Position numbers and translations under genes: made by a program
Part shown: positions 43,955 to 48,971 of the stretch, piece after piece
Numbering within the stretch: the first letter of the stretch is position 1
Layout of the letters: each line of letters opens with the position of its first letter
Assembly (NCBI GenBank): GCA_012862495.1
Contig: BLSG01000135.1
Location: 1 to 48,971, forward strand
Reading direction: 5' to 3'
DNA: 48,971 nt
From: Thraustochytrium aureum
Lineage: Eukaryota
Notes under the pieces: generated by a model
The model's database searches: none
The model's input: only the letters and a program-made list of their open reading frames with translations
What the model was told of the DNA's origin: nothing

Positions 43955-45715
43955 CTACAACCGGCCGTCCATCGGGTCCTCGTCGCCCTCCTCTCCTCCT
44001 TGCTCATCCGCAATATGGTGCATGTCGCCAGAATCAGCTTCAGAGTCCGATTCAGACGCATAGATGGGCAGGCTGCGACCACTTGACAAAAGATGCTCAA
44101 TGCCAGCAAAGCTGGCCGCCTTGTCCCGGCCCGTGCTCGAAGCGCTCGACGCTAGACTTGCCTTTTTGCTGCGCTTGAGCTGGCCAAGCCTGGGCGCCAA
44201 CGCTGAGCTTGCAGGCCGGCTCGGCACGGAGCTGCGGCGCAGATTGCGCTGGCTAGCCTCGGCGGGAGCGCCTACGTCCGAGCCGCCAAAAACACTCGCG
44301 TGAGAGGCTACCCTGTTGAAAATAGTCCCCTCCACTTCATTCCAAAACATGAGTGCAGGCGTGAAGCGGCCCGTGAGGGCGCCGTAGGGCATAAGCCGGT
44401 TGAATTCGTCGTAGCGATGAACGCTCTCTCTGCGAGACTCGCGAGACCACATGCGCTGGCCGGGGGGCGCTGACGCGGCAGCCTGCAAGGGCTTTGTGGG
44501 CGACAAGGCCCCTGACCCAGGACTTTGCTCGCCGTCTCGGGCAGGGTCTTGCGAGTGATGCGAACTGTGTTCAGACGCAGCAGGGTACATGCTGATTGCG
44601 CCGTCCTCGATATCAAGCGATGAGGCGTCGTCGACTTCGCCCGCGAGCAGGATGTCCTCCGCGCTGCGCGACTTGTGCATGGCGAGCCCAAGAACGCCAA
44701 TTACCAGGACGAACACGCCGACAGGGAACATGATGGTCTGGAGCTTGCTGAACTCGCGGAACTCGCCAAAGTATGCCGCCCCGCCGATGATCGTGAAAAC
44801 CACAAAAACGCACTGGAAAACAGGGACCATGATGACGGCATCAAATTCTTTGAGGCCCACCGCAAGCCAGTGGATCTGCCCAAAGATGGCGACGAGCATG
44901 GCGATGATGATCAAGTAGGTCTCCACGTTGGAGAACTCTTTGTTTCCCCGTGACGTGGACTTGAGGATCTCGATTGTGCTTTTGGCAAAGAGGACGCTCT
45001 GAGCGCCAATGAGGCCCGAGAGCGAAGCGCACAGCAGAGGGAACACCATCTTGTAGCGCGCAAATCTGCGGTGCTGCGTCTCTTCTTTGTCGCGCATCTT
45101 GGCGACGCGGCGACGCACAACCACGATGGCCAGGTAAACCGCCAAAATGGCCGCTCCTATGACCACCGCGTATGCGATGAACTGCTTGCGGCGGTAAAGG
45201 CACTTGAGGTTGTCCAGCGTAAAGCACTGCGAGCTCTTGTCCGCAAAGGCAGCCACCAGCACGATGCCAAGGATAATCAAGATCGTCGACGCCAGATCGA
45301 GACGGGTGATCGTCTCACCAAGCCAATACGAGGCGAAGAAGAGATTGGCTACCATTGTAAACCCGCCGACGGGTGTGATGAGGCTCTGTGCGGCAAACCC
45401 CAGAGCGCCAAAGTCTGCGACGGCGCCGAGGAATACCATGAGCAAGCCGAGCATCCAGATGGGCTGCTTGACGTACGAACGCTTGAGGCCCTGGCGGATC
45501 TCTTGGATCATAGAATACTTTTGCGTGTTGACGCCAAAGTTGCTCAGGATGGAACCCACAATTGAGACAATCACGCCAACGTACCAGAGCGACCCATCGG
45601 TGTCTTCCAACGAGCAGGTCGACTTGGTTGAGGCAAAACAATTTTCGAAGCTGCTCGATTTGTCAGCAGAGAGGGCGAGCTCTCGGGCGAGCTCGCCCGA
45701 GCCGAGCCAATCCAT
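43955..45715 (-). CDS. NIPA-family magnesium transporter with a long disordered C-terminal tail
   Basis: GSILSNFGVNTQKYS, WMLGLLM, ALGFAAQSLITPVGG, GAQSVLFAKS and GLKEFDAVIMVPVFQ...GGAAYFGEF. Confidence 0.9.
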   Translation of the reverse strand: MDWLGSGELARELALSADKSSSFENCFASTKSTCSLEDTDGSLWYVGVIVSIVGSILSNFGVNTQKYSMIQEIRQGLKRSYVKQPIWMLGLLMVFLGAVADFGALGFAAQSLITPVGGFTMVANLFFASYWLGETITRLDLASTILIILGIVLVAAFADKSSQCFTLDNLKCLYRRKQFIAYAVVIGAAILAVYLAIVVVRRRVAKMRDKEETQHRRFARYKMVFPLLCASLSGLIGAQSVLFAKSTIEILKSTSRGNKEFSNVETYLIIIAMLVAIFGQIHWLAVGLKEFDAVIMVPVFQCVFVVFTIIGGAAYFGEFREFSKLQTIMFPVGVFVLVIGVLGLAMHKSRSAEDILLAGEVDDASSLDIEDGAISMYPAASEHSSHHSQDPARDGEQSPGSGALSPTKPLQAAASAPPGQRMWSRESRRESVHRYDEFNRLMPYGALTGRFTPALMFWNEVEGTIFNRVASHASVFGGSDVGAPAEASQRNLRRSSVPSRPASSALAPRLGQLKRSKKASLASSASSTGRDKAASFAGIEHLLSSGRSLPIYASESDSEADSGDMHHIADEQGGEEGDEDPMDGRL

Positions 45716-46721
45716 CGGAGAGCGTCGACACACCAATGACGCTCACTCCTGGGGCTTGTCTGGGAAGCAGCACGGCTTGCCAGGTGCTTTGGTCTGCGTC
45801 CCGCGTCGCCTAGGCCGAGAAAGGCCGAGTGGGTTGGCGGCCGCGTCTTCGCGTTGCGCTGCTCGCGGGCCTGGACCACGCGAGCTGTGCGAGCTGCGTC
45901 AGAGCGACGGAGCGGATGACCAGGGCTCGGGTTGTATCTCGTTTGGCGGGACCTGCTGCGTGCGCTGGAAAGGGAAACGGCCTGCTGCGTTTCGAATCAG
46001 GTGCCACAAAAGGTGGGTGCTCGGTCGACCTCGTTCCGAACGCCGGGGCAGTTGCGGCTTGCTCGAAATCTGCAGATATGTAGGCCCCAGCGGCTGCTGG
46101 CTGGCTGCCTACCGGCCTGGCTGCCTTCCTGCTACCGTCGGCTGCGCGGTGCGGCGGGCGCGGCGTGGGTTGAGCACTGTCCAGGTGCTGCACGGGTCTG
46201 GTTGGTTTGGCCTTGCGCTCTGATGAGGTGTCTCGCTGCAATTGAGCCTCTCGCACCGTTTCTCGCACCGTTTCAATCAATGCACTCTCTTGACGCAGAG
46301 GCGGACTCGGAGGCAACAGGCAGCCTCAGGCTTGGAATTTTCCTGCGTTGTTTTGACGGGTTCGTTCTCCCCTCCTCTGCGACATGCGCTTTGACTTGGG
46401 TGTAGGTAGTCGGGGGTGAGAGGGAAGGAGGTGGCGCAGCCTCAAGTTGTACTGCACGAGGTAGGTAGGTGGTACTCAGAGAATGTAGTAGAGTACGGCG
46501 AGGAAGTGGTCGCGCTGACATCAGGGAGTTCGTTGTGCAAGCAAGGCTCGGTCAGGGCTCGGAGGGAGCAGAATCTACGCTCACATCCTTCACTTCTCGG
46601 ATTGCGTGCTGCGCAGCAAGGTTGGGTGGGCCACATGGGCCGCTCGCTCACTTGGCAAGCCGAAACCGAGGAAATGAACGACAGAGCAGGAAACCGATCA
46701 CATTCATCCAATGGCATTCCC

Positions 46722-46778
46722 CTTCTCTTGCGCTTGCGGTCTTCTCTTGCGCTTGCGGTCTTCTCTTGCGCTTGCGGT
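46722..46778. repeat. Perfect 19-bp tandem repeat CTTCTCTTGCGCTTGCGGT x3
   Basis: Read directly from the sequence. Confidence 0.95.
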
Positions 46779-48092
46779 CAGCAAGCAGCAGGGAAGGACT
46801 CGGGTTGGTGTCCTCCAACCGAGGAGGTGAGCGACACAGAAGGAAGTACCTCCTTCAGTCATACTTCCCAAGAATCCCAACCCCGGCCAACCCAACCCCT
46901 TGATTGCGCAACAACATCACGGCTCGCTGATGTGAGCAACTGTGGTACACCGCAAGGGTCTGGTGACTCTGACATGAACTCATGAATCACCTGGGGTCCT
47001 CCAGGCGGTGGGTCGGTCGACGGAACCCAAGGAGTCCGGCTTTTCTCTCGGGTCGGGTCGAGGTTCTTGCTCTGATGAACCTCTCTCGCTCATTTTGCCG
47101 TCCGTCCGCTCACGTCGAGCAAGTTTCCATTTTTNNNNNNNNNNNNNNNNNNNNNNNNNNNNNNNNNNNNNNNNNNNNNNNNNNNNNNNNNNNNNNNNNN
47201 NNNNNNNNNNNNNNNNNNNNNNNNNNNNNNNNNNNNNNNNNNNNNNNNNNNNNNNNNNNNNNNNNNNNNNNNNNNNNNNNNNNNNNNNNNNNNNNNNNNN
47301 NNNNNNNNNNNNNNNNNNNNNNNNNNNNNNNNNNNNNNNNNNNNNNNNNNNNNNNNNNNNNNNNNNNNATGTATCGTACTTCGGCGAGCGTAAAAGCCTC
47401 CCCAGCGAGATTGACATCATTGCGGTGACCGTCTCGGGAGCAGGGAAAGGCTAGCTCTAGCTAGAGGCTCCTGTTCCGGCCCTTGTGCTCTGCCGAGCCT
47501 ACGCTCCTGGAGCAGCCCTCGCACTCCGCTGAGCTACCCACTGACTTTCTCGCTCGCAACTGAAGAACTATCGCTACTTCCAAACGGCTCAGATCCCTAC
47601 CGCCAACAACCGGCTCGGACAGCAGCTGCCTTGATGCAGAATTATTGGCCGGCTGCGGATTTAGGGAAAAAGTGGAAATCGCAATTATTGGCTCTATGCA
47701 ACGAAAGGTCTGCCAATAAGTGCTCGAGGCACAGGCGAGGAAAAGTTGCCAGCAGCAGCGGCAGACGAGCCTGTGGTCACGCGGCTGGTCACGCGGCTGG
47801 GCACTTGTTTTGGTTGCAACGTGGCCAACGCATTGAAGACACGGGCGTCGGAGCCACCGTGCCAATAACCGGATGCATTCGCAACGTCACAAAGCATGGT
47901 GAAATCAGAGTTGCTGTGTTATAAGTAGGTACCGGTTGGTTCCGACGGGGTTGAGGGGGCTTTTGATCGAACAGGCAGCTGAGCGAGCAGTCTTCTCGCT
48001 CGCTTCGCTCGCTTCGCGGTCAGAGTAAAAAACTTGAACCGTTGCGAATCAATCGATAGGTTTCTCAACACTTACTTGTACTAGTAGACTGT

Positions 48093-48328
48093 TGAATGTC
48101 GCCCAGGAAACGGCGTCTGCTGAGTTGGCGATCGAGGTTCTCGGCAAGCCAGTAATTAAACGCCCGCCCCAGGCAATGAATGACTGAACGGTTGCGAATC
48201 TCAATAGCTCTAGAGAGCCAGCTTTCGAGAGAGTACCAATCGATTGGGTACGTGGACAGACTAGACGGTTCAATGAATGTCGCCCAGGAAACGGCGTCCG
48301 CTGAGATGGCGGTCGAGGTTCTTGACAA
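48093..48328. repeat. Diverged duplicate of the last ~55 coding bases of the WW-PH gene (48093-48147 vs 48274-48328)
   Basis: TGAATGTCGCCCAGGAAACGGCGTC.GCTGAG.TGGCG.TCGAGGTTCT in both copies; TGAAC.GTTGCGAATC is also repeated at ~48035 and ~48184. Confidence 0.85.
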
Positions 48329-48971
48329 ACCCTTTTGTGGCCACGAAAGGTGTGAGAGCATCCATGAGCTTGGCCTTCTTCTCCTCGCTTTCGCACTTGA
48401 GATTCCACACGCGCTCGTGGGAGTCCCCGGATAAAGGAAGTAGCCGAACACCAAGGCCTTCAGACAAACTTTCTTCGAGGCGATACACCGACAGGCTAGT
48501 CCAACGGCCTTTCAGCGGCATCGCGCCACTTACATAGTCTTTGAACGACTTGAACCAGCCAATCTCGCCGTGCTTGAGGACGAGGAAGCGGCGCTTCCAG
48601 GACTTGCGGCCAAAAATGGTCGTTCCGCCGCCTTCCTTGAGGATATAGTCGTGGTACTCGCCGTCTGGTGGCGCTTCGAGGCCAAAATCGCTGCCCTGGC
48701 TGTCCCGGCTATCAGAGCGCTTCGACTCCTCCATGTACGCTGGGCGCCCTGCGCTGCTCGCTCCGGTCGCAGCGTGGTGGTTGGCGGGAGAAACGGCCAC
48801 CTCGACGTCGTCAGCCAAGCCTGCGGGCCGCATCCAGACCGATCGGCGCTCCTTGACGTTGTAGAAGAATGTCCTGCCCGAGTCTTTGTCGATGCACTCC
48901 ACCCAGTTGGTAGATCCGTACCTGCTGGGGTGCTCCCACGTGGAGACGTCGTTCCGCGCATTGTGGAAAAA
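48270..48971 (-). CDS. WW-domain plus C-terminal PH-domain protein (5' end outside the window)
   Basis: Two WW motifs (FFHN...STWEHP and WVECIDKDSGRTFFYN...SVWMRP), then a PH domain (YILKEGGG...RKSWKRRFLVLKHGEIGWFKS...WNLKCESEEKKAKLMDAL). Confidence 0.88.
   Translation of the reverse strand, partial: FFHNARNDVSTWEHPSRYGSTNWVECIDKDSGRTFFYNVKERRSVWMRPAGLADDVEVAVSPANHHAATGASSAGRPAYMEESKRSDSRDSQGSDFGLEAPPDGEYHDYILKEGGGTTIFGRKSWKRRFLVLKHGEIGWFKSFKDYVSGAMPLKGRWTSLSVYRLEESLSEGLGVRLLPLSGDSHERVWNLKCESEEKKAKLMDALTPFVATKGFVKNLDRHLSGRRFLGDIH

Noticed and set aside
45800..47134. Possible mobile-element or coding remnant upstream of NIPA
   Set aside because: No recognisable domain, terminal repeat or target-site duplication; only a 19-bp tandem repeat is supportable.

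Overview
High-GC, gene-dense, intron-poor eukaryotic nuclear DNA with nine N-gaps. Short GT-AG introns (about 75-130 nt), Pol III tRNAs without encoded CCA and P/T-rich repeats suggest a stramenopile protist, possibly a thraustochytrid/labyrinthulomycete (inference). About 20 protein genes can be supported: an ABCC transporter, YAE1-like, a decayed TPMT, two PH-domain proteins, an SLC49-type MFS transporter, TOP3A, an STK16-like kinase, GCAT/kbl, an O-fucosyltransferase-family protein, HAUS1-like, two paralogous multi-TM orphans, a NIPA Mg2+ transporter and several hypotheticals. There is also one tRNA-Ala(TGC) and three tandem tRNA-Val(GAC). Many genes are split by single-base indels in homopolymer runs, most likely sequencing errors. 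Once these are corrected, the most striking object is a ~1,950-aa protein (15010-20854) that fuses a complete multicopper oxidase to a polycystin-1-like REJ/GPS multi-pass membrane body. Other items of note are the G34 tRNA-Val array, CTAG-rich clusters at gene 3' ends, minisatellites at gene 5' ends and repeated tandem duplication of gene 3' ends.
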